Assembly (NCBI RefSeq): GCF_009914755.1
Contig: NC_060925.1
DNA from: the human T2T-CHM13v2.0 reference genome, Homo sapiens
Length of the DNA: 64,000 nt
Strand: one strand, 5' to 3'
A program made the translations under genes and the position numbers. Positions 34,565-53,327 of the stretch are shown here, piece after piece. The notes under the pieces are model-generated. The model ran no database searches. It was given only the letters and a program-made list of their open reading frames with translations, and was not told the DNA's origin. Each line of letters starts with the position of its first letter. Within the stretch, counting starts at the first letter, position 1.

Positions 34565-35300
34565 GTGACCCTTTCACACCCACTAGACTGGCTACTGTCC
34601 AAAAACCAGAAAATAACAAGTGTTGGCAAGGATGTAGAGAAACTGGAACCCATGCTCTATATTGGTGGGAATGTTTTACCACATGGTATAGGCATTGGGG
34701 AAAACAATTATGATGGTCCCTCAAAAATTAAAAAATAGAATGATCATATGATCTGACAATTCCTCTTCTGGGCATATACCCAAAAGAACTTGAAGAGATA
34801 TTTGTACACCTACGTTCATAGCAGCATTATTCATAATAAACTCAGAAGCAACTCAAATGTCCACCAACAGATGGACAGATACTTTTGAACGTGGCATATA
34901 CACATGCTGGAATATTCCACAGCCTGAAAAAAGAAGGAACTCCTAACCCATGCTACATGGATGAACCTTGAAGACATGATGCTAAGTGAAATAAGCCAGT
35001 CACAGAAGGGTATGTGCATGATTCCATTTTATGAAATACCCAGAGGAGTCAAATTCACACAGACAGAAGCTAGAATGGTGGCTGCCAGGGGCTGGAGGGA
35101 GGGGAATGGGGAGCTGGTGTTTAATGGGTATAGAGCATCAGCATCGGTTCGGCAAGCTGAGAAGAGTTCTGAAGATGGATGGTAATGAGGGTGGCACAAC
35201 ACCATGAATGAGCTTAACACCACTGAACTGCACACTTAAAAATGGCTAAAATGGTCAATTTTACATTCATGTATATTTTACCACAATTAAAAAAATGGAA
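34565..35300 (+). mobile_element. Old L1 (L1M) ORF2 end / 3'UTR fragment
   Basis: aataacaagtgttggcaaggatgtagagaaactggaaccc; catggatgaaccttgaagacatgatgctaagtgaaataagccag; cactgaactgcacacttaaaatgg. Confidence 0.85.
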
Positions 35301-38300
35301 AACAGAAAGAAACCTTGAAACTGGCCCAGATGGCCAACTGTCAAAAGTAATACAAGCATGTTGCTCAAAATCCTAAAGAACAACTAACAGAAGAAAAATG
35401 GAGACAATACTTTTTAGGGTCTCAAAGCTTATAAAAGTAATGATGAGAAACTGAGAAAAAAAGAAAAGCTGGTAAGAGAGCACTGCCTGAATCTCACACA
35501 TCACACACAGAAAATTCTGCTTGCTGGGAAGGTTTAGAAAAGGATGGCTGTGAGCAGGAATTTTAGATGTAAAATTTAGAGGGTAAAACTGCTATATTCA
35601 AGTAATTATTTCTTTCTTCCCTCCCATCTGGCCACTAGTGTAATGGGCTAAACAGTTCTTTCAGAAATATCAGATTCCTAGCATGGCAGAGATTTGGTTT
35701 ATAATTCCTAACAGAAAATGATGTTGCTGCAAATGCCCCCAAAATATGTGACTCTTTATATCACCCTATCTCCTGCCCTACCTGCCAAGAGGTGCCTATC
35801 ACAACGGCACCATGTGCCATTGACCACCAATGGTGGTAGTCCACCCTGCAACTACACAGTCCATGAGGCAGCCACAATGGAGTCCACTTGCTCTCTCCTT
35901 CTCCAAACGGGAGCTGTGCTTCTGCTTAGCCTGGTTCCTCATCCCCCACCCCAGCCCCCACCACTGTATTTAAGGTGTGTGGGTTCAGACAGTCAGTCAC
36001 TGCATGTTTTCATAGATGATGGCTTCTGACTCCCTATGAAATGACTCTTCAGATGATGAGGAACTCTGCACTTAATTCACAGGGGGGTTATTACGATATA
36101 ACTGGATAAAGTGTGATAAGTGTGTGGCACAGGGTCCAAAAAACAGCAAGGCTTACCCAACGCTCTTATTCCTAATGGATCTACTGACCATACCATCAGC
36201 AGCATCATGGGCATCCACTGTCACATTGGACGCTGACTGGCTCTCCGTGGGCTTGGGGTGCTGATGGTAACAGAGGACGTGACAGCAGAGGACCACTGTC
36301 AGGGTCCAGGCGTATGGCCTAGCTCTGTGCTATTAATCACAACAGACGCACTTTCCATTTACTTCATCTTCCTTCCTGGCTTCAGATTTTCTTCAAACCT
36401 GTCTCCCACTTGGCTGACAGCATCAAGTGCCTTAACTGAGACCACAGGCATAGCACGGAGGACTCTGTGTGCGCCACTTCCATTTTATCCACACCAGAAA
36501 GAGTCTTATTCCTATTCTATGACTGGAAAAAATTCCACATTTACTTTGAAGTTACGATATCTTTTCCACTGCCATGCACATCTAATCTATTTACTATGAC
36601 CATATCTAACCCCTATAAAAACAAACAAAACCCTGTATACCGTTCCCAGATCTCCAAGATCCCCTAAGATATTTACCGCCTTTTCTAAACATTTAAGTAA
36701 TTCCTCTCTTCCCTCCTACCCGCTCCACTGAAGTAATGGCTAAATCAAGTCTCTAAGTTGAACATTTCTTTTTCTTTTTTTGAGACGGGGTCTCACTCTG
36801 TCGCCAGGCTGGAGTGCAGTGGCGCGAGGCACGTCAGATTTCTAGCAATACTGGAGATGTTATAGATGTTTTTGGCCGATCTGTTACTAGAGATTAGCAT
36901 GAGAATGGAGCAATTTAAAGAGGATTTCAGCACAGTAATAAAATTCTTGGCCAACTGTATGATAGCTACTATGAGGCTGAAACCCCTGGGCCCTGGAAAG
37001 AGACCGGCCTACAAAAGAAAGGAGCAATGTCGGGCCTCTCCTAGTTCCTGCTGTCCCCATCAGCAGCCACGGAGAACACCTAATCCCCTGCACCTTGGCT
37101 GTGGGGACACCAGGGCTGAGGGGCCGACTAGACCAAGGGGAGGAGAGAGTCCCTTGGTGGTAGCTCTGGCACAGACACAGATACCTCGGTGTCCTCATCC
37201 CTCTTTAAACAGTTCACCAGAAACATCTTAGTTTTGTAGCTATTGATGGCTTTTTGAGAAAGGGTCTGAGGTCTAGATCTGTGCATGTATCAAACACAAA
37301 CTTTTGGGAAAAAAAAATTCTTGCCTCATTATTTCATAGCTGCTGAGTCCCTATTAGCATGACCCACCACTGTCTAATTTTTATTTTTATTCATAGCTTG
37401 AGAATCACTTCAGTACATTATTCATAATACATGACCTGACTTAGAAACCATCAGTGGTCTCCTCGGTTTTCTTTCCCCCCATATTCTCTGCAGTAGGAGG
37501 CATTACTGCCCATAGGCAATACTGGGTCCTCCACTACTTCCAGGCACACAGGCGACTCACGCTTCCCCGTCTACTTGATGCTAGGAATGCCTAGGTGGCT
37601 TTCCCTGGCCAAAGAAACACGAGCAGAGGGGGTGTGTGCCTACTTCCACGTGGACCCCTTAAGAGCCCTTCATTAACTCCCCTTTCCTTCATTAAAGCAA
37701 CTAACCACCCTCCAGATGGTGGCACCCCGTCATCCCGGGTCCCTAGGTGAGGATGGTGTGGCACAGGAGACCTGCCTCTGCAAATCCCGATGGCCATGTA
37801 ACATGAGAAAAATTAATTTTTGTCTTTTAAACCACTGGGATGTAGGGACTATTTGTTATCAAATCACAGCCTAACCTATCGCAACTAATCTAGCCTTACT
37901 ATCCCACACAAGGGAGAGGGATATGTATGGAGATTCTGAGAACTTATATGCTGGGCAGGGAAGAAGGAAGAAAAGCTAGAAAAAGAAAGAACAGTTTGGA
38001 AGAAAAGTGAGAGATGAAGGCAGGCAGTCCACCAGATTCAGCAAACCCGTCTATGGGGTGATTTAGGTATTTTCTCTTACGCGGCTTAGATTTTCTTTCT
38101 TTTTTAATCTATTAGTTGAAGTGCCCAACCAACCTGTCTCCAATTAGAGAGAGAGTAGCCCGGTAAACAAATGCTCTTTTAAAAATGCAGACGGCTGTAT
38201 GAATATTAAGAAGTTTGTTCACACCTTGATGAGCCTAAATTACTTCAGCTAGATTACTTTCTTCCTAACACCCATCTGACACTGATCTACTCAGGAACAG

Positions 38301-38792
38301 GAAGTCTGGCGTAAAAGTAAGAAGAGGCACTGGAGCATGGAGGATTTCCGGGTGGAGTACCATGCAGTGGGCTACATCCACATTGCGGGGCAGTATGAGA
38401 GCTGCAAGAATTTGGGGAACGATCAAAGCTATTTGACTATAACTTGCAAGAAATGTCTCTGTCTGGCGATGGCTCAGAGTCAGTGTACTTGTGTCACTCA
38501 AAGGACAAAGAGCAGAGCCTAACCTCACCTATGCTCTCTCTAGTATAAAAGTTATGTACACAGTGTTGAAGCCAGAAAGCCTGGGGTCTGAACCCAACCT
38601 TTGGCACTTACTTCAGCTCCATAATCCTTTATCTGGCATCCTTAGGGTCAGGTTCCAGCTTTAAAATTCAGAAGTCTTTACATTTTAAAAAGGCAAAACT
38701 GAATATACTGAATATTACAGACCACTTCCAGTAGGGTCCAAGGCAGTAATCCATAATTAAACACATTAATATTTCTGTGGCAATATCTATGA

Positions 38793-39113
<321 letters not shown>

Positions 39114-40481
39114 GAACAAAAATGATTTTTAAAAGCTTCATCAGGTTTTTCTGCCAAATAAATCTGCACCAATCTTAAAAGAAAAGGGATCAATCAAATT
39201 GTGGTTTCCAGAGCTCTGGGTGTTTGGAATTGCAGATATGGGGCTGTGAGGTTAATGTTTAACTACAGGCAAGTAACTTAACCTCTTGTAAGTCTCAAGC
39301 TTCTCTGTGAAATGAAGACAGGTGCCAGGAATTGTGAGGATTGAGACCATAAATGAGTTAATGAACATAAACAAACACTCTCAGTACACCCCCAATAAAT
39401 ATTAGCAATTCGCTATATGCTCAGGGGCGGCCTTCATGTACCTCAGTCTCAGGATGCAAAGGTCCCTTCTGATCTACAGAACACTATTCTATTATGTGTT
39501 TCTTATCTCTTTCTTATCTGAGGCCACAAAAGAGGCTAAGGTTCCTGAAACAGGGGCAGTGAATGATTCACGTTAAGATGGCCCAATGCTAGCTGTGGAG
39601 AAATGGCAGTGACACAGCTCTAAGGGCTGAGCAACACACAGGTGTGTTAAGCTACATCTGACGCTTTCATTGCTTAAAAGCATAAGAATTTTCTTCCTTA
39701 CAGGCAGCCTTGCACTTATGAAAGAGTAGGTTTGCCCATTCATTTTTTTGAGATCACTAGTCCAGGCCACGCTATTTTGAACCTGGACCACTGCAACAAA
39801 CCCCTACATCAGTCTCCTCATGCCTCTTGCTATTGCTCCCTTATAATCGATTCACCACATAGGAGCTACAGTGATCGTTTTAAAATTTAAATCAGATTAC
39901 CTCATGCCCTTGCATGAAATTCTTTGGTGGCTTCTCATGTACTTAAGACTAAAGTCCCAAGGCTCACTACTGCCTATGAGACCTGGCAAGGGCTGGTCTC
40001 AGCCTGTCTCTCTTGTATTAGCACCAACCATTCTCCCTTCTGTCCTAGTCTTGCTAGACTTCTTCCAGCTCCTTGAACACACCAGGCCTCTTCATACCCC
40101 ACAATGTTAGCAAGGCTGTTTTCTCCCTCCTTGGCTCACTCTTCCCTGCCCCATTCACCAGCACCATTTAATACAGCATTAGCCTGAATGTTACCTCCTG
40201 AGAGACCTCCCTGACCACTACATCTAGACCAGGTTCTGCATGGTACTCCAGGACCCTATTTGTTTATAATTCTTTCTAATTATATTGCTCAACTCCAAAG
40301 TAGATTGTACAGTATACTCCATAAAGGCAAAGCACTATTATCTTCTTCACTGCTCCATCTGCAAGGTCTGCAGACAGCAGGCACCCAGTGATTGGTGGAA
40401 TAAATGGAGGAATGAATATGTGATCCCATACTATTTCCAGCCAAATTACTTGTATAGTCACTACATTAAAAATGGGACATG

Positions 40482-41085
<604 letters not shown>

Positions 41086-42598
41086 TAAATGGTGGCCAAG
41101 TTCCGAGATGACCCCATGAAAACCTGCTTCAATGCACGATGCAGCTTAATCATAGAATTTATAGCACAAGTTCTGGAAAAATAGGGTAATTTCCTGGGTC
41201 TAGGCAGGGCCAGCTGGATTGTTGTCCAACTCACCATCCCCTTCTTCCTTTCTCAAGCATTCTCTAAAAATGACCAGCTGATGCTATGATTGGTCATGGA
41301 GATTACCATTACCCATCATATATTTTTGCCACCCATGTCTGTTTAACTGTCCTACAATGGCTTAGAAGTTTTTAGAGAACAAGGGCACAACTATACTTTC
41401 CCATGTTACACAAACTCAGCACAGCTGGTGTATTCCAATTAGCACCAGTTGGCTGACTACCCTTTAACTTGGCATACCCAGGATATGCCATAAGAACTAG
41501 CATTATATTCATGTGTATTTATTTCCACACCGCAATGTCAACATTCTGAGGTCATTTTACAGGTGTATGTGTTTTTAATGTGTCCACATTCTGTTTCCTT
41601 AACCAGACACACTCACATTTTCAAAGGACACATTTAAAAAAAAAACAAGAGGAAAGGGCAGAGAGCAGCAATGACAAATGAAAATTTTCATTAAGGTCAG
41701 GAAGTTCAAAACGTAGAGTGAGCTGAGGCTCCTGAGAAGAGCCAACTAGAATGCATCAGGGCTCGCTTGGAACGGGAAGCAAAAGACAATTTGACAGACT
41801 GCCACAGATGTTCTATTATTAAGCAACAGGGAAATGCAGACTCATTCAATCCCAACTCTTCTGTCTTTTCTATTAAAAAGAAAACTTTCCATTCCAGAAA
41901 AAAGAACATGAGGGAATATAAGAGGAAACTGAAGTCTGAGACATTTGAAGAAACAAGAAAGGGTGCCTAAATGCTTTATGTTAGTTGAAGTCTTCAAATG
42001 CTGAATTATATTGCAAAGCAGTGCTCACCAACATTTTTCATATCATGACACATACAGAAAATACCAGTATTTGTAGGGTACACTGGGGTACTGGGAGATG
42101 GCCAGCTTCGGGGCTCTGGTTGCCCCAAACACCAAGGGAATCCATTTCTTGACCCTCCCGTAACAGTTCCCAGAGCCTTATATTTGGAACATAAGAGTTA
42201 AGAAGCTTATCTAGAATCCTAAAATAAAGGTAGACATGGTTACAGATTCACTAATAATCTTTTTTTTTTTTTTTGGAGAAAGGGTCTCGCTCTGTCACCC
42301 CCGCTGGAGTGCAGTGACACAATCACAGCCCACTGCAGTCTCGACTTCCTGAAGTCAAGCAATCCTCTGGCCTTGGCATCCCAAAGTGCTCGGATTACTG
42401 GCGTGAGCCACCACGCTCAGCCTGCAGAATGCGCTAACGATCTTTGAGGAAGAGATGCCAGCAAGCTTGATATGAAATGCTACCTGAATTTTAGAAAAGA
42501 TTATACAGATGGTTTTTAAAACCATAAAGATGTGGCAAACACTGGACACTAACATACATTTATACATTCATAAAGAACAATGCAAGCCAAACCATCTT

Positions 42599-43033
42599 CG
42601 TAGTGGGTAGAATTGTGGCCTCTAAAAACATATGGCCATGTCCTACTCCTCTTCAGAACCTGTGAATGTGATCTTACTTGGAGAGGGATCTTTATAATTA
42701 AACATCTCAAAAGGAGATCATCCCAGATTCAGGGTGGGCCTAAAGCAAAGAGGAAGGCAGAGGGAAACATGAGACTCAGGGACACAGGGATGAAAACCAC
42801 ATTAAGACGGAGGCAGAGATTATAGTTATGCAACCACAAGCCAAGGAAACTGTTAGAGCTACCTTCTGGTCAGAGGCAAAGGATTCTCCCCCAAAGCCCT
42901 CAGAGGGAGCATGGCCCTGCCAACACTTTGATTTTGGACTTCTGGACTACGGAACTGTAAGAGAATACATTTCTGTTGGTTTAAGTCACCATGTTTGTGG
43001 TAATTTGTTATAGCAGGCTTAGAAACTAATACG
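42599..43033 (+). mobile_element. MLT1-type MaLR LTR
   Basis: agaacctgtgaatgtgatctta; ggagcatggccctgccaacac; tggtaatttgttatagcag...aaactaatac. Confidence 0.8.
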
Positions 43034-43163
43034 TTCAATCCTCACTTCTTTGTTGATAGACAAAGGTTTGCAGGACATGGGGGATGTTACAGAAATGGAA
43101 TAGCAATGAATTTGTCAAAGCCATTATGATATTCTTGTGAATAGATAAATTAAAAACATTTGG

Positions 43164-43516
<353 letters not shown>

Positions 43517-44119
43517 TTACAAGCTCACTCTGAAAAAGATTACTGCTCAGAAAAATCAAATTGCTTTTCCACCAGCATTGCTTTTCCTCGAGAGCAAGAA
43601 TTTCTATACATTTGGTTCACTGCTATATCCCAGTGCCTACAACTGTGGCTAGCACATAACAGGAATGCCAGAAAGAGTTGCTGTAAGAGTTAACTCAGCA
43701 GGCCTGTGTTTACCAAACCCTGCACATTCCCAAGAAAGTCCTATTTTCATGACTGGCAGTTGGCTGCCTCCTGAGAATTGAGCAATTAGAATATTCTGCC
43801 TGATCAGAGTGTTTTTGCATACCTGAGGTCTTGAGCCACTGCTGTACCAAGTTTTCCCAGACAGTTTATACTAGCAATGTGATTGATGGTGAATACCTGC
43901 TTTTCACTGGAGGTCTAGAACTTGAATAACTAAGGTCAGTCTGTAGGCCTACATGACTGATAAGGGCTATATGCTGAGTCTTGGGTCCTGTGAGTCCTTT
44001 TGGCAAATCTGCAGGCCTGAGGATAGTCAGGCATTCCTGCCACAGTCTAAAGAGCTATTCACCTAATACTACAATACCAGGGGGTTCACCACGTATATAT
44101 AAGCTAACCAACTCATTAC

Positions 44120-44451
44120 CTTTGTGTTCTTGTTATGATCTGGCGTCAATTTTCTTTTTTTATTGCTGTGAAATTCTACCACTTCTACTTGTTCCCTATT
44201 GTTCTTTAGGGAAGAGGGAGGAACTGCAGCAGCAAGGATCTCTGGTCCTGTGGGGGTCCCAGAAGGAGCACAATGCCGCTCTTCTCTAAGTTCCTTGAAG
44301 AAGCTCGAAGCGCTCTTCCTCTGGCCTCTTATGAGAGAACCAGGTAGGGGAGATGGCTCTGCTGCCAAGGCCGCTGAAGCCATCACATCTCTCTTCTTGT
44401 TTTCCCTTTTCTTTATGATCTTCTTCTGTTCTGTTTCACCTTCTGTACCTC
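44120..44451 (-). CDS. C1orf131: C1orf131 coding exon 2: [11 protein letters not shown]...DHNKNTK
   Basis: aaacag acceptor, gtaatg donor; 332 nt; lies inside ORF 44069..44467. Confidence 0.93.
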
Positions 44452-46286
44452 CTGTTTGTTCAAACACAAGAAGGAAAATAAATATTTTCAGTCTTAGCTA
44501 TCATCAGTATCAAATCCTACGAATGTATTTGTACATATTCCAGGGCTATATGCACCTAGAAGCACACACAAAGAAATAAACTATTTGTTTTCTTTCAAAT
44601 AAGTGTATTTGCAAAATGCAGAGAATCCAAAATGTAGTCATCTTTTCCTAGGTAACTATGTCTTTGACCCTTATTAGCACAATCACTTTAGTCTCCACTT
44701 TGGTTCCTACTCAAAGTGTCATCACAGCAATAGTCCCCAGGGCTGGTAATCCCAATTGGCTTTATACTAAAAATATCAGGCACTGCAGCCACTGTTTCTT
44801 TTTAACACTTTCTGGGTTACAGGAACATGGAATAGTCTTCCTATTTTCTTTCACAGTTAGGAATTAAGATGAACCTAAGACAACTGGCTCAATTTGAATG
44901 CCTTTGTTTTCTATTAATTCCTCTTTCTATATTTCACTTGTTGAAGCTCTGACCAGTCACCTGAAAGTTCTAACCAGAATCCTAGGCATCCTTACTCACA
45001 TGTATTACAAATACCACAGAGCTCTCTAAATTACCAGCTGCTGATTTATGCTTGCTACTATTTGCTTAATCTTTTATACAATAAACATTTAAGAGCCAAC
45101 TAAACTTTGGCATTAAGGATATAAAAATGAATAGACACATTCAATGCCTTCAGAGCTCCTACCATGATTTCCAGCCTGTGTTGACATGAACTATATTATT
45201 TTGCAGAATAGTCTTTTCCTCTAGATTTTAAACTTCTCAAGGTCAGAGACTAAGTCTTCTCTGTCCTCCAATATGTCCAAGGGCACAGAAATGCTAGTTA
45301 ATACAAGCATGGGGTCTGGGGCTAGAATCAGAACCCAGGCTCTGCAAAAATTACCAGTCAGACAACCTGCATCAGGTTTCATGAACTTCTAGTACTTGTT
45401 TCTACATCTGCAATCATGGATTTATGACAGTGTCTATTTCATGAAGTTGAAAATTAAATGAGCAAATACACGAAAAGCATGTGCTATATGGCAAGTTCTC
45501 AACAGTTTTAACTATTATTCCTACTGTTTAGGTGAACTTAGAATTTTGAGCAGTCATTCCAAAATAAAAATAGCTTTTAAAATATCACGCTGTAAATTTA
45601 AGAAATGTGTGTTGTCCTGAAATCTAATGATTTTCTTTGGTGCATGTGCAAAGGGTGTCACCTTCTCCCGGGAAAGCTCTTCAGAGTATGAGGCACTGTC
45701 TTCCTACTGACATGCCATGCGACTTTAATAGGCTCTTTTATTTTCCTTTTCCCCCATCAAGACAAAGAACGGAGAGTAAAAGATCAGCGCACTTGTTTAA
45801 AAAAAAAAAAGTCGTGAAAAGGACAACTCGCCAAGGACTATGATGTCTCTGGAGAGGGACACACAAGGATGAAGCTGGTGTATTATCCAACAGGCCCGAG
45901 GCCCCAGAGCGAAATGACACCATCGCACCAGGGTCAGGCAGGTCTTGGGGGTGGCATGGGGAAAGGGGACTTCCCAGGGCTCAAGAAAACGTGGAAAAGC
46001 GGGCTACTTTTAAATCGGAAAGCCTTGGTGCTTCCTACAAGCAAGTAGGATGGTCCCCACACTTGGGGACGAGTTGGAAGGTTTGATGAATAACTCAGCA
46101 GAGCCCGGTCGAGGGGTGACTTCCGATGGAGAAATGTGTTCGCTACTGGAACCAGGTGGGACGAAGGGTGCTTGACATGCAAGAACCTTTAGCCTCAAAG
46201 CAGAGGCCAACCCAGGACGGGCAACACAGGAGACCCACGTTCCTCAAATCTGTTCTCCACGTGGGCTCCTGGGACCCCGCACTCAC

Positions 46287-46404
46287 CAAAGTCGTAAAGG
46301 TTCTGGAGCAGAGCGTCAAGAAGTGTCGGAGAACTGGGAGGCGTGGAGGACCCCGGCCCTTGCTCCTGCGACATTGTGGGGTCAGCCGAGGAATCAACCC
46401 TCAT
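46287..46404 (-). CDS. C1orf131: C1orf131/FSAF1 coding exon 1: [39 protein letters not shown](G)
   Basis: ATG at 46404 (minus), gtgagt donor; 118 nt; the seven exons sum to 882 nt = 293 aa plus stop. Confidence 0.92.
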
Positions 46405-46641
46405 TCTGCCGCGCTGCACCCCCGCTTCCGGGTTCCGCGACTGCGCGCATGCGCTGCAGGGCCCTGCGCGGCTTCCGTCCTGGCTGAGATGGCGGCGCCC
46501 GGGATCCTGTGTAGCGGCTGCAGAGGGTGCCGCCGCCCTAGGCGAAGTAGGGCCGTCCTGAGCGAAAGAACCGCCCCCAGCAGGAGCACCACCACGGCTT
46601 AGCAAAGAATCCCAGACCCCGCCCGGGAAGGCAGCCGCACC

Positions 46642-46719
46642 ATGGAGTCTTCCAGTTCATCTAACTCTTATTTCTCCGTTGGCCCAACCAGTCCCAGCGC
46701 TGTCGTGCTCCTCTACTCG
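46642..46719 (+). CDS. GNPAT: GNPAT (peroxisomal DHAP acyltransferase) coding exon 1: [26 protein letters not shown]
   Basis: Strong Kozak gcaccATGg; gtaggc donor; recognised GNPAT N-terminus. Confidence 0.93.
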
Positions 46720-48544
46720 GTAGGCGCCCAGGGAAAAGAGGCCCAGAGCGGAGCCGCGCGAAATAGTACCCCTTTCTCCCAGTCCCTATTCCTCCGGCCC
46801 ACCACCCTTGCCCAAAAGAGCTGGCCCCTAGGCTCCCGAGGAGGGGTTAGTTGGTTGGATTGGTTTCCAGGACAACAGTGTATCGCTGTGTGTCTGTGTG
46901 TGCATGCTTTTGGAAGTTTCTACGGATTATGGTTCCTTTGGTTCCTTTCCACTTTTTCCTTCTCTTTCTTTCTATCAGGCCCTGGGGCCTTCAGAAAGCT
47001 CCTGGACACGAGAATGAGGAATGAGAATTGGAGTCTCCCCATCTCTAGCGAGGGCATGTCGAGCTACCTTTTGGGCAAACCTGAGAAACTTGCGGGTTTG
47101 ACCCGCCCTGAGATAGCCTGTGGCTCCGCACCCCGCCCTATGCTGCTGTTATATTCCTGGGAGTAGAGCACTTGGCTTGTATGTGGGAATAGAGTTTTAA
47201 ACACTTCAGGAAAATTTAGAACTTCTAGACATTTTTATTGCCTGTTCTTGTCTTCCAGTCATTATTGTACCTTTTCCACAAATCATTTTGGAGGACAGCC
47301 AGCGCCACCCAGCTTCTCTCCCGCTTGTCTTTTTTTCCTCCAACCCCCTCTTCCTCTCTTGGTTTTAACGGGTCTTTTTGGCTGGCAGATGTTGGTCACC
47401 CACGATTTTCATGAAGAAATTATGAGATGGGAGCTTTATAGCCTTCAGGATTGCACAGACCTGGGGCAACTGGTTTGGTTTTTGTTTGTTTCTTGTTGTT
47501 TTTAACCACTAAATTAGTTTTTAGCTACTTTAGGAGAAAATGAAAGAATTCATTTTAAAAGCATATTAGCATATCCTGGTGATTACTGTCCAATTTTGGC
47601 TTAAATGTAGTGTTCATTTGTGCAGAAAGGTCAAAACAGGGATAACACAGCAGAGCAAGATAAACACCCCAGTTTTGAAAGAGAATATATGGGTTCCTTC
47701 AAATTGAGACACCAATATTCTTTGGAACATGGAGAAACTTCTGTTCCCTCTCTATCAAGACCTTTCGGTTTCTGATTGCTAACTGCCTATAAGCCTTATT
47801 ATTTAGATATATCTCTTCATTGATCTTATCTTCCCCACAGTTCTGTGGTGGATATCAACTTTGTTTTCTGACTCTGCTACTCCAGAGCAGGCACGAAGGG
47901 AAGAGGGTTGCTGTGCAGATCCAGCTTTTAACATGTAGCTTTTTAAGCTCCCAACTGGTTTGTGAATTGGTTGGAATTTTCCTTTTGTACATTAAAGGAA
48001 GGAGTTGGTTTTGTTTGTTTGTTTGTTTGTTTTACTTCCCCTTTACCAACGGTTCTTTAATAAGACTTGAGTCCACTTTTTCATGTGAAAAACTATGGCA
48101 GTTGTATCTGAGCATTCTGTAGTTCTGATGCTGGACAGCAACCCACTCTTTACTGGTAGTTCTCACTACTGTTTTGTGACTGGATAACCTTTACTTCCAC
48201 GGTAACCTTACTTTTTCTTAGTACTTCAGGCTGTTTTTATTTCCCCAGCTACGCTGTTATTGTGTAATATTCTGATCTAAAAGTAGCACTTTAGAAGCGT
48301 AGAAGATACTGCTGATTGCAGCAAACATTAGGAATATATACAGTATCCTACTCATTATTCTCAGTTTCCAAGATATAGAAGTTACAGATGCAGGCTCTGC
48401 CTTTAAGGGCACAAAAAGTCATAAAAGTAAACAAACAATCACAGTTAAGTATGGTAAGGGCAATGATTGAAGCATGCACAGCGTGTTGTGGGAGAGACAA
48501 GAAGGGGCACCTGACCAGTTTGGGAACTTGGAGAAGGTTTCTAA

Positions 48545-52512
<3,968 letters not shown>

Positions 52513-53327
52513 TCATCGATAGGGTTCAAAAAGTGACTTCATTCTGTAATTTATTTTTTCATTCTACAGTGGCTTGAGTTCATACTAGAAACTGGGAGTA
52601 CAGAAATGTATAGGACACCTTATCTACCAGATAAGAAGTTCACAGTCTTGTAAGGGAGGCACCAAATACGAGTTTAATGAAGTGTTTTAGAGACCATCTT
52701 GAAAATCCGATTATTGAGGGTTCAGTGAAGACTGAAAGGAAAGGATGACCTGTTCAATCTAGGTAAAGGGGAGAACCAGAATATGGGACACAGAAGAGGT
52801 AAACACAAGCTCTGGTTGATGGCTAAATATTTCCCAGGTGAACAGTGCGGAAGGAGCATTTGTAAATGCCCCTCTCAATAACTGGTACCACCATCCACCT
52901 TGTTCTTCATAAAAGAGACTGTCTCTCTCTTGATCACCACTATATCCTCAGCACATACCACAGTGTCAAGCACATAGGCATTCAGATATTTGAGAATGAA
53001 TGCTATTCTGTAGAGGGAGCAACTTGAATCAGAGATCTGGGAACACGTAGTGTGTTTAGGGAACTGCAGGTCTTGGCATAGCTGGACTATTGGATTAAGA
53101 GGAATGGTCATGAGGCAGGAGGTGGGGGGTCATGAAGAGCCTGGGGTCATATGCTAAGACAGGTGGACTTGATGTAAGTCCACCTTGCAAGTAACAGAAC
53201 CACGGAAGGATTGTAGATGATCGTATTTGGCAAGCTTTTTCAAAGTATACATGCCTGCTAGTTTCCCTTAGGGGTTCTTATCCTGAAGACTCCCTCGCTC
53301 CCATACATGTCTGTGTTTATATATGTA

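Larger units (their letters stand above)
46240..46860. promoter_or_regulatory. CpG island / bidirectional promoter of C1orf131 and GNPAT
   Basis: CpG-dense; divergent ATGs at 46404(-) and 46642(+); NRF1 palindrome GCGCATGCGC 46445-46454; ETS/GABP CTTCCGG 46425-46431; YY1-like AGATGGCGGC at ~46487-46496. Confidence 0.88.

Noticed and set aside
46195-46605. 67-codon open frame upstream of the C1orf131 ATG, starting at TTG
   Set aside because: It runs across the shared promoter into the GNPAT 5'UTR region; GC-rich sequence has few stops, so it is unlikely to be in the mRNA.
46720-47166. 174-aa ORF continuing GNPAT exon 1
   Set aside because: Read-through past a good gtaggc donor into intron 1; no recognisable protein features.
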